Below, piece by piece: positions 36,487-49,606 of a stretch of 64,000 bases of DNA (the first letter of the stretch is position 1; every line of letters starts with the position of its first letter). Position numbers and translations under genes: made by a program. The stretch covers positions 682,001 to 746,000 of the forward strand of contig JABVCE010000003.1 in assembly GCA_014905635.1 (NCBI GenBank). The letters run 5' to 3'. The notes under the pieces are model-generated. The model was not told the DNA's origin, ran no database searches, and was given only the letters and a program-made list of their open reading frames with translations. This DNA comes from Scenedesmus sp. PABB004 (Eukaryota).

Positions 36487-39400
36487 CAGGCGGCTGCCGG
36501 GGTGGATGTAGCGCACGATCGCGCCCTCCGCCGCGACGCGGCCCGCCTTCTTGTCCGCGCCCGACAGGCCCTTCTGGCGCAGCCACTGCGCGGCGCGGCG
36601 CGGCGCGGCGCGCGGCGCGGCGTTTCGCGGCGCTCGGGCCCGGGCGACCAACGCAGCCGCGGCAGGCGACCGCCGCTGCCGCTGCTGCCGCTGCTGCTGC
36701 TGCAGCTGCTGCCGCTGCTGCCGCTGCTGCCGCTGCTGCTGCCGCCATCGCTGCTGCCGCCAGCTGCCACTGCTGCTGCCGCCACTTCCCCTGCCGCTGC
36801 CGCCAGGCTGCTCCACCGCCGCCAGCTGCAGCTCCAGCAGCCGCCGCTGCCGCCACCCGCTGCAGGCGAGCCCCTGGCGCCGTGGGGCTCACGCGTCGTT
36901 GTTGCGTCGCTCGCTTACACCGCTGCAGCTGCCGCTGCCCCGCAATGCTGCGGGCCGGGGGCGTGCGCAGCGCAGCGCAGCACACGAGCAGCGCGTGCGT
37001 CATACCTCCACAGCCTTGTCGGCGTCGCCGCCGTTCTCGGCGAGAGCCTTTTTGCAGTCCATCATGCCCGCGCCCGTCTTCTTGCGCAGCGCCGACACGG
37101 CCGCAGCGCTGATGCCGGCTGCGCGGCGGCAGCGGCAGGCGACAGCGGCGGGTCAGCGCTCGCGGGGGACGACGCCCCCGGGGCGCGCGCGGCGCACGGG
37201 GGCGGCGCGCGCGAGCGCGCGCGCGCCCACGCCGTGCGCCGCGACGGGATGCGGTGTGGGGAGGGAGGCACGCAGGCAAGTCACGTGGGTGTCAAAACCG
37301 GTGCCAACAGCACAGTGCAGCCCCGCCCCTAGCTCGTCAGAAACAGATGCCTCTAGAGAGAGAGGGAGCGCGCCAGCCCAGCCCAGCCCGCCCGCGCCGC
37401 CCGCCTCGCGCGCGGGAGCTCCGCGGCCCGCCGCCCCGCCCCGCCTCACGCACCCGACACGGCCGCCGCCGCGACGACGGGGTTGCGGCGCGCGAGGGCG
37501 GGCACCTCCGCCTCGTCCGCGTCCTCGGCCATGAGGCTGGCCACGATCGAGTCGACCGCGCGCGGGTCGTAGCCGCCGGTGCTGATCGCGGCCGCCTCCT
37601 CCACGAGCTCGGCGTCCAGCTCCGCCTGGGGCGCGCGCGCGGCGGCGCGGGGTGAGCGGCTGCGGCGCGCACGCGCGGGCGCGGCGGCGCGGCGACGCCC
37701 GCAGCGGCGGCGCCGCCCCACGCCGCGCAGCGCGCACCTCGTCGGCGCCCTCGCGCCGCGCCACGCTCCAGTCGCCGCCCTCCTCGGCCTGCGTGATCTT
37801 GTAGCCCATGCGCTTCAGCAGGCTGCGGGGGACGTAGCTGGTGTCGTTGGTGGCGAGGCCGATGAGCTCGTCCTCGTCGTCGTCGTCCGCCGTCTCGCTG
37901 AACCGCTCCAGCAGCGTCGCCGACAGCGCCGCCGTCGCGTCGACGCCCTGCGCGGCGCGCGGCGCGCAGCGCGGGCGTGGGCGCGGGAAGTGCGGGGGCA
38001 CGCGGGCGGCGGGCGCGGCGGCGGCCCCAGCAGCGCGCCCCAGCGGCGCGCCGCAGCGGCGCACCACGTCGCGGTCGGGCAGGCGCAGGCCGAGCATGCC
38101 GGGCGACACGAGGCGGCCGGCGCGGCCCGCGCCGCTCGCGCGCACGCTGAACACCTCCGCGCGCAGGTCCTCGGGCACGACCGACACCACCTCGGCGCCC
38201 TCGTTGTCGCCGTCGTCCACCGCGGCCACGGCGCCCTGGCGCGCGGGTGACGGCGCGGTGAGCGCGGGGCGGCGGCGCCCGCGGGCGCGCGCGCGCGGCC
38301 GCGCCGACGCCCGGCCGCCCAGCGGCCCGCGCGCGGCGCCGCCGGCGCACCTCCGCGGGGTCGAGCGCCTCCAGCAGCGCGTCGCCGTTCTCCGCCTCGT
38401 CGTCGTCGCCGGCCGCCTCCTCCGCGGCGGCCCAGATGCCCTGGATGACCTGAGGGAGGGGGGGGGGGGGCAGGAGCAGGAGCGGGAGCGGGGCGGGGCA
38501 GGAGCAGGGCGGGCGCGCGGGAGTGAGGGGCCCAACCCGTGCGCCGCGCCGCGCGCGCCAGCAGCGCGTGCGACGCCGCAGCGCAGCAGCGGCGGCGCCG
38601 CTGCTGCGCTGCGCTGCGCGGCGCCGAGCGCTGCTGCGCGCTGCTGAGCCCCAAAAACCCAACACCGCGCACCTGGGCGTCGGTGACGTCGTCGAGCTCC
38701 ATGCCCTCCAGCATCTCCGCCACAGCCGCGAGCTCGTCGTCGGCCTCGCTCGGCAGGCGCTGCGTGAGCAGCGGCGTGCCCGCCTCGACGTCAAACACAA
38801 AGCAGCTGATGGCGTCGTTGACCTGCAGCACGGCGCGCGAGACAGCGGGCGTGGCGCCGTCAGGCGTGAGGCGTGAGGCATCACGCGTCAGGGGCGGCAC
38901 TGGGGGCTGGGGCGGCGCTGCCAGCGTGGCAGCGGCGGTGGCGGCAGCAGCGGGTGGTGGTGGTGGTGGTGCTGCATGCCTTGTAGTAGGCGGTGGGGTC
39001 GATGGCCTCCACCTCGGCATACTCCTCGCCCTCGTCGGCGCCCTCCGCGTCCACGAGCGCCGCGGGCGCGAGCAGCTCGCTCACGTGGATCATGCCCTGC
39101 AACGCGCGGCGCGGCGCGGCGATGCGGGGCGGGGCGTGAGGCCGCCGGCCCGGCGCGGCGACGGCGGCGGCGGCGCGCGGGGTGCAGCGACGCAGTCGCT
39201 GCGGGCGTATGCGGGCGCGGCGGCGCGGGCGCGCACCTCGACGGCGGTGCCGTCCTCGAGCGTGTACGACACTGTCACGCCCGCCTTGTCGACGGCGGCC
39301 ACGGTGCCGCGCACGATGTCCTCGCACGCGATCGCAATCTCCCGCGCCTCCTCCGCGCCCACCTCGTCCACAAACTCGAGGTCGGCCGGGTCGATGTCGC

Positions 39401-40776
39401 CTGCACGCGCGGACCCCAAGGGCGGTGGCGGCGGTGGCGGGTGGTCGCGGGCGGCGTGGGCGGTGGGCCCAGAGGTGCGCCGCGGGCGGGCCCGCCCGCG
39501 CCCCGCGGCTGCCGGCGCCCGCGGGCGCTCGCCGCACCCGCGACGTCGTCCTCCTCGTCCTCCACCACAAAGGTGAGGCCGTCCAGCTCCGCCACGTTGG
39601 GGTCGGCCACCACCTCGTCCTCCTCCGCGTCTGCGCGAGGCGCGCGCGGGGCCGCGGCAGCGGTGGGCGGCTGCCGCGCGGCACGCGGCGCGGCGCCCCG
39701 CGCCGCCGCCGCCGCAGCCGGCGCGCACGCGTGCCGCGCCCGCCGCGGCCGCCCGCCCCCGCGCGCGGCGACGCACCCTCCTCGTCGTCGTCCTGCACGC
39801 GGCGGCCGCCGCCGCCGCCGACGCGGGGGGCGCCGAGGCCCTTGCGCGTGAGCGCGAGGCGCTTGCCCGCGGGGTCGACGCTGAGCACCTTGACCTTGAC
39901 CGTCTCGCCGACCTTGATGACGTCGGCCACGTTCTTCACAAAGCCCTCCTGCAAGCGGGGAGGCGCGGCGGGCGCGGCGGCGGGCGGGCGGCGGTGAGCG
40001 CGCGCTGCTCTGGCCGCGCGCGCCGGCGCTCGCGCCGCCGGCCCGGCCTGGCGCTAATGCTGGCCTGGCGCTGCTGCCGGCCTGGCGCTGCTGCCGTGCT
40101 GGCGCTGCCGCTGGCCCCGGGCGCTGCCGCCCCCGGACACGCGCGCGCCCGCCGCCGGCCAGCCCAGCCGCCGGCAGCAGCGGCCGGCGCGACGCGGCGC
40201 GCACCGCCAGCTGCGAGACGTGGATGAGGCCCTGCGACTCGGCACCGATGTCCACGAAGGCGCCAAAGGTCTGCACGCTCGTCTGCGGGGCGCCGCCGGC
40301 GTGGGGCGGGGGTGAGCGGCCACAATTGCAGGCGCCCCGCCCCCGGCCGCCCGGCCGCGCAGCTCACCACGCGGCCCTCCACCACGGTGCCGGGCTCGAT
40401 GGTGGACAGCTTGCGCCCCTGGGCCTTGGGCGCGCGCGCCGCAGGCGCGGGCGCGGGCGCCTCCGACTCGGCCGCTGCCACGGCCACGAGCGCGCGGCGG
40501 GCATTCGGCACCCGCCGCCTCGCGACGCGCCTGCGGCGCCGGGCCCGCATCGGTGAGCGCCCAGCGCGCCCGCGCGGCGCCGCAGGGGCGCCGGCAGACG
40601 CCCACCACCCACCTGGCAGCAGCGCTGGGCGCCGCACCGACCCCGGCGCGGGCCGCCTTGGCCTGCGGGGCGCCGCGGCGATGGTGTGAGGTCGCGGGCC
40701 GCAAATGAGGCCACCCAGCGCGCCCGCAGGGCCCGCCCCGCACCTGCGCCGAGGCCACCGGCGTGCGGCCGAGCAT
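34539..40776 (-). CDS. PETs: Plastid polyprotein PSRP-7/EF-Ts: two S1 domains plus two EF-Ts domains, multi-exon
   Basis: Transit peptide [18 protein letters not shown]...; S1 ([38 protein letters not shown]); two copies of [61 protein letters not shown]. Confidence 0.95.
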
Positions 40777-41315
40777 CCTGGGCGGCTGGGCTGGCGGCGT
40801 TCAGTCGGGACGGCCGCGGGCGGCGAGAGGGCGGAGCGGGGCGGCCACGCGCGCCCTAATTGCGCGCTCGCCGCCGCCCGGCCATCCACTGCCGCCCGCA
40901 GGACTGCCGGCCTGCAAACAACACCTCACCGCAGCGCCGCCGCAGCTCCCGGCGAGCTTCCCGGCCTGCCACACAGGGCGCGGCGAGGAGCGCCGCCCGC
41001 TGCAGCAGGCAGCGCCGGCGCTGGCTGCTCCGGCGGAGCGCTGCTGCCGCCGGCCGGCCCTGACGGCGCGTCCTGAGCTGCTGGCAGTCGCCCCCACCGC
41101 CCGCCGCCGAACGTACATCCCGGCCAGGGCGGGCGCGCTCGCTGCGGCCGGGCGGCGGCGCCAAGCGCGCTGCCGGCCCCGCGCCGCGCGGCGCGGCGCG
41201 CCGGCGGGCAATTGGGCCGCGCGGGAGGCTGCTCAGGGTCCCGGCCGAGCTCACTGCAGGCGGCCCGCACCTTGTGCGCGCGCTGCGGGACGACGGTGAA
41301 GCGCTCGCCGGCCGC
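40746..41315. repeat. Copy A of a ~570-bp local direct duplication (PETs first exon and upstream region)
   Basis: Colinear near-identity with 42768-43346, e.g. gcgccgaggccaccgg.gtgcggccgagcatcctgggcggctgggc, gcgccctaattgcgcgctcg, gggcaattgggccgcgcgggaggctgctcagggtcc, ccttgtgcgcgcgctgcgggacgacggtgaagcgct. Confidence 0.95.
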
Positions 41316-41559
41316 CGTTCACGGCGCGCACCGGCGCTGCCGGCGCGCCCTGCCGTCGCCGGCGCAGGTGGCGCCATCGGTGTTCGCTCAGTTACCGGGC
41401 GCGCAGCGCCCTGCGCGCGGCGGCCGCCGCTGCTGTACACGCCCCTGGCCCAGGCGGCTCGCTCGGCGGAGCGCCACACAGTCCCTCGCACATACCCTCC
41501 TAGCGCTCGCAATCACGGTGCTGCCTGCGACCCCATCCACGCATCGCTGCCGCTGCTGC

Positions 41560-43409
41560 TCACTGCGCCTGCGGGCCCTCGGGCACGTGCGAAGCAAAGC
41601 CCCGGAAGTGCTGCGGGTCGGGCTCCTGCTGCGTCGGCGCGTGCTCGTCCACCACGACCATGCTGCGCAGCTCGCAGTTCTCAAACCACTGCGGCCGCAC
41701 GGCCGGCCGGGTGCGCACGGCGGCGTGAGCGCGCACGCGCTCGCTGCGCACGTGCGCCGCGCCGCCCTGCGCCCGCGGGCGCCGGCCGGGCAGCGCGCCC
41801 CGCGCGCGCGCGCACCCGGTGCAGCTCGCCAGCAACCGCGGGCGCCGCAGTGTGGCCGTAGTTGGTCATAAGGTAATGCAGGAAGCTGCTGTGGCCCACG
41901 ACCTGGGCACGGCCGGCGGGGCGCGGTCGGCGCCGCCGAGGGCCGCGAGCGGCGCGCGGTGAGCAGCGCGCAGCGCCCCGCGCGGCGCCCCGCCAGCCGC
42001 CGCGCCGCCGGCCGCGCCGCCGCCCGTGCGCGTCGCCGCACCGCGATGTGCGTCTCTGGGCGGGCCATGAGCTGCGCCATGAACGCGCGGCCGCGCGCCT
42101 TGATCTCCTCCTTGGTCTCGCGGTGCTCCGGCCGCCACAGCGCGTCCTCCTCGCTCTCCAGCAGCGAAAAGTCGACGCCCGGGAACGTCGCGGCGAGCTG
42201 GCTCACGGGGCTGCGCTTGTCGCAGGGGTGCACGCCGAGGTGCTCCCTGCGCAGGGAGCACGGCGCCGGCACGCCCGCGGTCGCGAGCTCGGGCCCGGGC
42301 AGCCGCGCGCCAGCCGGCGCCGCGCGCGCCCGCCGACCCAACCGCGGCGCCAGCGCCGCCACGCCCCCCGCGCACCTGCACAGCTCGTAGCACACGAACG
42401 GCGGCGCGCCCTCCGAGGGCACCGCCGGGTGGGCGGTGCGCCGCCCCGGGTCCTCCGTGACGTCCACCATGAGCGGCGGCGTGCCGTTGCGCGGCGCGCC
42501 GAGGTTGCCGAAGCAGCCCACCGCCGTCTCCAGCGCGCGCGTGAGCGGCGAGACGACGACGACGTCAACGCGGATGCCGGCGGCCTTGATGTGCGCGTTG
42601 ACCGCGGCCGCCTGCTCCCAGCCCTGCTGCGTGAGGTGCGCGTCGAGCCAGTCCCAGGACGCGTAGTTGGCGTGGTCCTGCCGGCCTGCGACGTTGTGAA
42701 AGCCCTCGCCGTGGCGGATGAGGTGCAGCACCTGCGCGGCCGGGGGGGCGGCGTGGAGCGGCGCTGCGCGCCGAGGCCACCGGTGTGCGGCCGAGCATCC
42801 TGGGCGGCTGGGCTGGCGGCGTTCGGTCGGGACGGCCGCGGGCGGCGAGAGGGCGGAGCGGGGCGGCCACGCGCGCCCTAATTGCGCGCTCGCCGCCGCC
42901 CGGCCATCGACTGCCGCCCGCAGGACTGCCGGCCTGCAAAAAAACACCTCGCAGCGCCGCCGCAGCTCCCGGCGAGCTTCCCGGCCTGCCACGCAGGGCG
43001 AGGCGAGGAGCGCCGCCCGCTGCAGCAGGCGGCGCCGGCGCTGGCTGCTCCGGCGGCGCGCTGCTGCCGCCGGCCGGCCCTGACGGCGCGACCTGAGCTG
43101 CTGGCAGTCGCCCACACCGACTGCCGCCGTCAGCGCGCCCGGCCAGGGCGGGCGCGCTCTGCGCCCGGGCGGCGGCGCTCCCACGCGCTGCCGGCCCCCC
43201 GCCGCGCGACGCGGCTCGCCGGCGGGCAATTGGGCCGCGCGGGAGGCTGCTCAGGGTCCCGGCCGAGCTCACCGCCCGCTGCGGGCGGCCCGCACCTTGT
43301 GCGCGCGCTGCGGGACGACGGTGAAGCGCTGCTGCTCGCCGGCCGCGCCCTCGCCCAGCGCCTGCTGGCGCAGCGCCGCCTCCAGAGCTTCCACGCCGCC
43401 GGCGGTCAT
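41560..43409 (-). CDS. Histidine phosphatase / phosphoglycerate mutase-like protein, multi-exon
   Basis: VVPQRAHK|VLHLIRHGEGFHN, DAHLTQQGWEQA, VVSPLTRALETA, REHLGVHPCDKR, FPGVDFS, ETHIA|VVGHSSFL, WFENCELRS. Confidence 0.92.
42768..43346. repeat. Copy B of the ~570-bp duplication (PGM-like exon 1 tail plus nearly all of intron 1)
   Basis: Matches 40746-41315 with scattered substitutions and small indels. Confidence 0.95.
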
Positions 43410-43681
43410 GGCACGCGCTGGTGGTGGTGCGACGCGGCGCGGGCGCTGCGGGCAGGCGCGAGCGTTGCTGGGGCCGAGGGAGGGAGCCGCGCGCGGGCGT
43501 GCCAGCGACATCGGGCCGGCGGCCGTGGGCTGCGCGCGGGCGACTGGGCGGGTGCGCGGCGCCGGGCGCGCGTGTGGGCCGGCCGGCGGCGGCAGAGGCG
43601 TCACTTTTCCCGCGCCGCCGCCTCTCGCCGGCACCCCATCGGCGGGCCTCTCTGCGTCTGGGGGAGCTCACCTCTGCCCCA

Positions 43682-45517
43682 TCATGCCGCGTCGTCGTCG
43701 CTCTCGCTGCCGCCGTCGGCGCCGCGCGGCACGTGCGCTGTGAACAGGTCCATGGCGAGCAGGATGGGCCCGTCGAAGAAGCGCTCCGCCTCGCGCTGCA
43801 GCCCCTTGACCGCGCGCTCGTCCGCCGCCGCGGCCGCGGCCGCCGCCGCGGCCGCCTCCCACACGCGCACGCGCCGCTCGCCCTCGCGGCCGCCGCCGCG
43901 GCCGTCGCCGGCGCCCGCGGAGCCCTCGTAGCGCGCCGAAAAGTGTGTGAGCACGAGGGCCTTGGCCTCGATCGCCGCCGCAAACTGGCCCGCCATCCAC
44001 GCCGTGCTGTGCTGCGCGACCGCGGCCTTGGCCTCCATGCCCGCCGCAAACGTCGCCTCGTGCGACACGAGGTCCGCGCCCGCCGCAAACGGCGCGATCG
44101 CGCGCGAGTCGACCGTGTCGCCCAGGATCAGCACGCGCCGCCCGCGCGCCGCGGCCGCGGCCGCCGCCGCTGGAGCAGCAGCCGGCGGCGCGGGCTCGTC
44201 AAAGACGTAGCCCCAGCACGGCACGCGGTGCTGCAGCTGCGCCGCGGTCACGCTCGCGGCGCCGCACGGCAGGCGCCACGCGAGCCCCGGCCGCGCCTCA
44301 AAGCCGCCGCCGGACTGCGCGGGCGCGCGGCGGGCGCGGCGGGCGCGGGGCCGTGAGGCGCGCGGGCGCGGGGCACGCCCAGGCGGCCCCCCCGCCAGGC
44401 GGCGGCGAGCGCCCCCCGCCCGACGCGGCGCGCTGCTCACCCTCCGCGAGCCAAACTCCTGCCAGCGCAGGCCCGTCTGCGAGAGCCGCGCCTGCAGGCC
44501 CGCCGGCCAGTCTGCCGGCGCGAGGCGCTCGGTCGGCGCCATGCGCCGCACAAACGCCTGCCCCGGCGGGCAGCCGGGCAGCGGCTCCCAGTCGCAGGCG
44601 TCGCTGGCGGCCCCGGCGCAGCGGCGGCGGCGGCGGCGGCGGGCGTGACGGGGCGGTGGCGGCGGCGGCGGCGGCGTCTGTCAGCAGGGCGCGGCGGGGC
44701 GGCGGCCCGCGCAGCCCCCGTCGCGCGCGGCGGCGGCCCGCGCGGCCGCTCACCGGTCGTGCTCGCAAAACTCGGTGACAAATACTGGCATGTCCAGCCG
44801 CCGCCCGACACCCGCGCCCGCCAGCAGCGCGCCCACGAGCTCGCCCAGCCGCGGCGGGCCGAAGAGCCGCAGCGCGTCGGGGCCCTCGCCGGGCGCGTGC
44901 GGCCGCGCCGGCGGCGGCGGCGCGCCCTGCTGCTGCTCGCGCGCGCGGCGCGCGTGGCAGAGGCTGACCAGCATGCTGCCGATGCCGAAGCAGTGGTCGC
45001 CGTGCAGGTGGGTGATGAACAGCCCCTCCACCTGCGGCGGCGCGGCACGGCGCGGCGGCGCGGCGCAGGGTCAGCCGCCCCACGCGGCAGCGCGGCAGCA
45101 CGGCAGCACGGCAGCGCGGCGGCGCAACCCCCGGCCCCGCCCCCGCCGCCAGCCAGCCAGCCAGGCACAGCGCTGTCGCGCACCTCCGACAGGTCGACGC
45201 CCGTCTTGCGCGCCTGGCGGTGGCTGCCCTCGCCGCAATCGACCATGAGCACCGCGCCCGGCAGGCGCACGAGCGTGCAGCTGATGTTGCGGTCCTTGGT
45301 CGGCGCGCCGGACGACGTGCCCAGCCACGTCACCGCCAGGCCCGTCGGCAGCGACCAGTCCTGCTCGCCGCCCAGTGAGTACTGCAGGCGCCGCCGGCGG
45401 GCCGGCGCCGCGGGCTGCGCCGGCGCCGCCGCGGGCGCGCCCGCAGCGCGCTGCCGGGGCGCCGCCGCCTGCGAGCCCGGCGCGCGCCGCGCCTGCTGCT
45501 GCGTCTGCTGCTGCTGC

Positions 45518-45559
<42 letters not shown>

Positions 45560-46095
45560 GCCTGCTGCTGCTGCCGCTGCTGCTGCCGGGGCCCGGCAGC
45601 AGCCGCCGCCGCGCCGGCGCCCGCCTCCGACGGCGGGGCGCGCCGGAAGCGCGCGGGCTGGCCCTGCGCCTGCGACGGCGCCTCGGCCAGCCGCCGTGCC
45701 GACGCCGACGCCTGCTGGCGCGCGCGCGCGGCTGCGGCCGCGGCCGCGGCGGCCAGCGCGTCGCCCGCGGGCAGCGGCGGCGCGACGTCGGCCGCCGCCG
45801 CCCGCGCCGCGCGGCGCCGCTGCTGCTGCTGCTGTGCCGCTGCGGGTCGCGGCACGTGGGGGCCGCCGCCGTGCTGGTGGTGCCCGGCGCCTGCGGGCGT
45901 GGGGAGGGCAGGCGGTGCGGGTGAGAGGCCGCGCCAGCAGCGGCGGCCAGCAGCGGCTGCGGCGGCGGCTCGCGGCGAGCGCCACGCCCAGCGCGCGAGC
46001 GCCAGTGCATGCCGACACAGAGCGCAGCCTGGACGCGTCCAATTGGCCGCGGGCGGCGCACCCGCGAGGCCGGGCGGCGCGAGGCCGCGCAGCAT
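43682..46095 (-). CDS. tRNase Z-like (ELAC, short form) metallo-beta-lactamase with long N-terminal extension
   Basis: WLGTSSGAPTKDRNISC (PxKxRN loop), VDCGEG, ITHLHGDH, HRVPCWGY, ILGDT, HEATF, HST, LTHFSARY. Confidence 0.9.
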
Positions 46096-46596
46096 CCTGC
46101 GGCGCTCTGTGCGCTGGGGCGCCGAAACCGGTCGCGCAGGTGCCGCGCCGACGGTCACGGAGATGCGGGGGCGTGCTGCGGCGGTGAGACGCTGAGTCCG
46201 CGCTCGGCCTCGCCTGCTTCTGCTTCTGCTGCTGGGACGAAGCGTGCGTGTGCTTGTGCGTGTGGGGCCGACAGTCGACGGCGCGGCGGGGCTGCCGTGT
46301 GTGCGGCTGTGCCGCTCGCGCGCTTCAGCGGCGGCGCAAGCAACGGCGGCGCGAGCGTCGTCTCCTCTCCCGCAGCCGCCACTCCCGAAGTTCCATTGAC
46401 TGACTGACCAGGCGTCCACGCCGCCAGGTGGGAGCGCGGCGCCGCCGAGCGCGCGGCGGCGGCGCTCACGCGGCGCAGCTGCTGCCAGCGCCGCCTGCGG
46501 CCGGGGCCCCCTGGCCTGCGCCCCAGCCCCCAGCCCCAGCCCCCAGCCCCACCTGCCGCCGCGCCCGTCGCCCAGGCGCCAACCGCCGCTGCCTCG

Positions 46597-48221
46597 ATGG
46601 CCTACCAACCCCCGCCGGCCGCGGGCGCGGGCTGGCTGGGGCCGCCGCCCGCCGGCGCGCCGCCGTACGCGCAGCAGCAGCAGTGGCAGCAGCAGCAGTG
46701 GCAGGCACCACCGCAGCAGCAGTGGCAGGCGCCGCCGCAGCAGCAGTGGCAGGCACCACCGCAGCAGTGGCAGGCGCCGCCGCAGCAGCAGTGGCAGGCG
46801 CCGCCGCAGCCGTACGCGCCGGCGCAGCAACCGTATGCACAGCCGTGCGCGGCGCCGCCGCAGCAGCCGCCCGCTCCGCGCGGCGGGCGCAAGCGCGCGC
46901 TGCTGGTGGGCTGCGCGTACCCGGGCACGTCGCAAGCGCTGAACGGCTGCCTCAACGACGTGCAGTGCATCGAGTACTGCCTCAAGCACAGGCACGAGCC
47001 TGAACCGCACCGACGCGCGGCGCCCCCGCGGCGGCGGGCCGAGCGCGCCCCGCGCGCCGCGCCGCGCCGCGCCGGTCGCGCGCGCAGGTTTGGCTTCCCG
47101 CCCGAGTGCATCGTGGTGCTGCGCGACGACAGCGCCAGCCCCGACCACACGTCGACGCGCGCCAATATCCTGCGCGGCATCGCCTGGCTCGTGGCCGACC
47201 AGCGGCCCGGCGACTCGCTCTTCTTCCACTTCAGCGGCCACGGCGCCCAGCAGGCGGACACAGACGGCGACGAGCTCGACGGGTGAACCGCCCGCGCGGC
47301 GCCGCGCCCGCGCGCCGTGACCACCCGCGCCGCGCGCCGCGCGCCGCGCGCCGCGCGCCGCGCGCCGCGCGCCGCGCCCGCGTGGCGCGCGCGGCCGCGC
47401 GCTCACGCGCGCCGCCCGCGCCGCGCAGGGCGGACGAGACGATCCTGCCCACCGACTTCAGGCGGGCCGGGGCGATCGTGGACGACGAGCTCAACGCCCT
47501 GCTGGTGCGCCCGCTGGCCCCGGGCGTCACGCTGCACGCGCTCGTCGACGCCTGCCACTCCGGCACGGCTCTCGACTTGCCGTACCGCGCCAAGCTGGTG
47601 CCGGGGCAGCCGGGGCAGCTGCAGTGGAAGCTGAAGTCGCGGCACGTCAAGGGGACGTCTGGCGGGACGGCGTTCCAGATCGGGGCGTGCCGCGACGCGC
47701 AGGTGCGCGCGCCGCGCCGGCGTTGCGGCGCGCCGCGCGCCCGGGCTGCAGCGCCTGCAGCAAGGGGCGGGTCGCGCGGCGGGCGCGCAGGTCGCCGCCG
47801 ACACCAACGCCCTGAGCGGGGACGCCCACACCGGCGCGGCCACGTTTGCCTTCATCGATGCGGTGGAGAGGTTCGGGACGGCGCAGAGCTACGCCAGGTG
47901 CGCGCGCCCCGGCGCCGCCCGCTGACGACGCCCGCGCCCGCTCACCTGGCTGCTGTCCCTCGCCGCCCCAGCCTGCTCGCGCACATGATGGAGGTGCTGG
48001 CGTCGCGTGCCGGCGGCGGCGGCGGTCCGCCGGCGGGGCTGCCGGCGGGGCTCGGCAGCGTCGCAGGCAAGCTCGCGTCGCTCGGCGGCGGCCTCGGCGG
48101 CCTCGCCGGCGCCGCAGCGGGGCTGGTGGGGAGCTTCCTGGGCCCGCTGGGCGGCGCCCAGATGCCCGTCATCGCCTGCGACAAGCCGGTCGACCTGGCG
48201 GCGACGCGGCTCGCGATATGA
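46597..48221 (+). CDS. Type I metacaspase with Pro/Gln-rich prodomain, 5 exons
   Basis: [29 protein letters not shown] (catalytic His), [29 protein letters not shown] (catalytic Cys), [19 protein letters not shown]. Confidence 0.95.
46672..46809 (+). repeat. Coding tandem repeat of 21-24 nt units (QQQWQAPP)
   Basis: cagcag(cag)tggcaggc(a/g)cc(a/g)ccg occurs four times after a QQQQWQ partial unit. Confidence 0.85.
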
Positions 48222-48470
48222 GCGCGCAGGGCGCCCAGGCCCTGACGCGCGGCGGCGCAGGGCGCGGGCGCCGGAACCGCTGCGCCTGCTCGCCCGCTCG
48301 CTCCGCCCGCGCCCGCCGTCGCCACACCGCGTGTCCGCGCACCACCGCGACAGCTCACACGCCGGCGGCAGCAGCGGGGCCTCGCACCCTCGCACCCACG
48401 CGCACCGACCGCCCTCTGACGCGGCGCGCGAGTACACGCCTCGACGCGGTCACGCCCGGTGCGCGCCAGG

Positions 48471-49606
<1,136 letters not shown>

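Noticed and set aside
34162..37332. 1056-aa + strand ORF
   Set aside because: Antisense shadow of the PETs exons; stop codons are rare at this GC content.
44437..47406. 989-aa minus-strand ORF
   Set aside because: Joins the antisense of the metacaspase to tRNase Z exon 1 and intron read-through.
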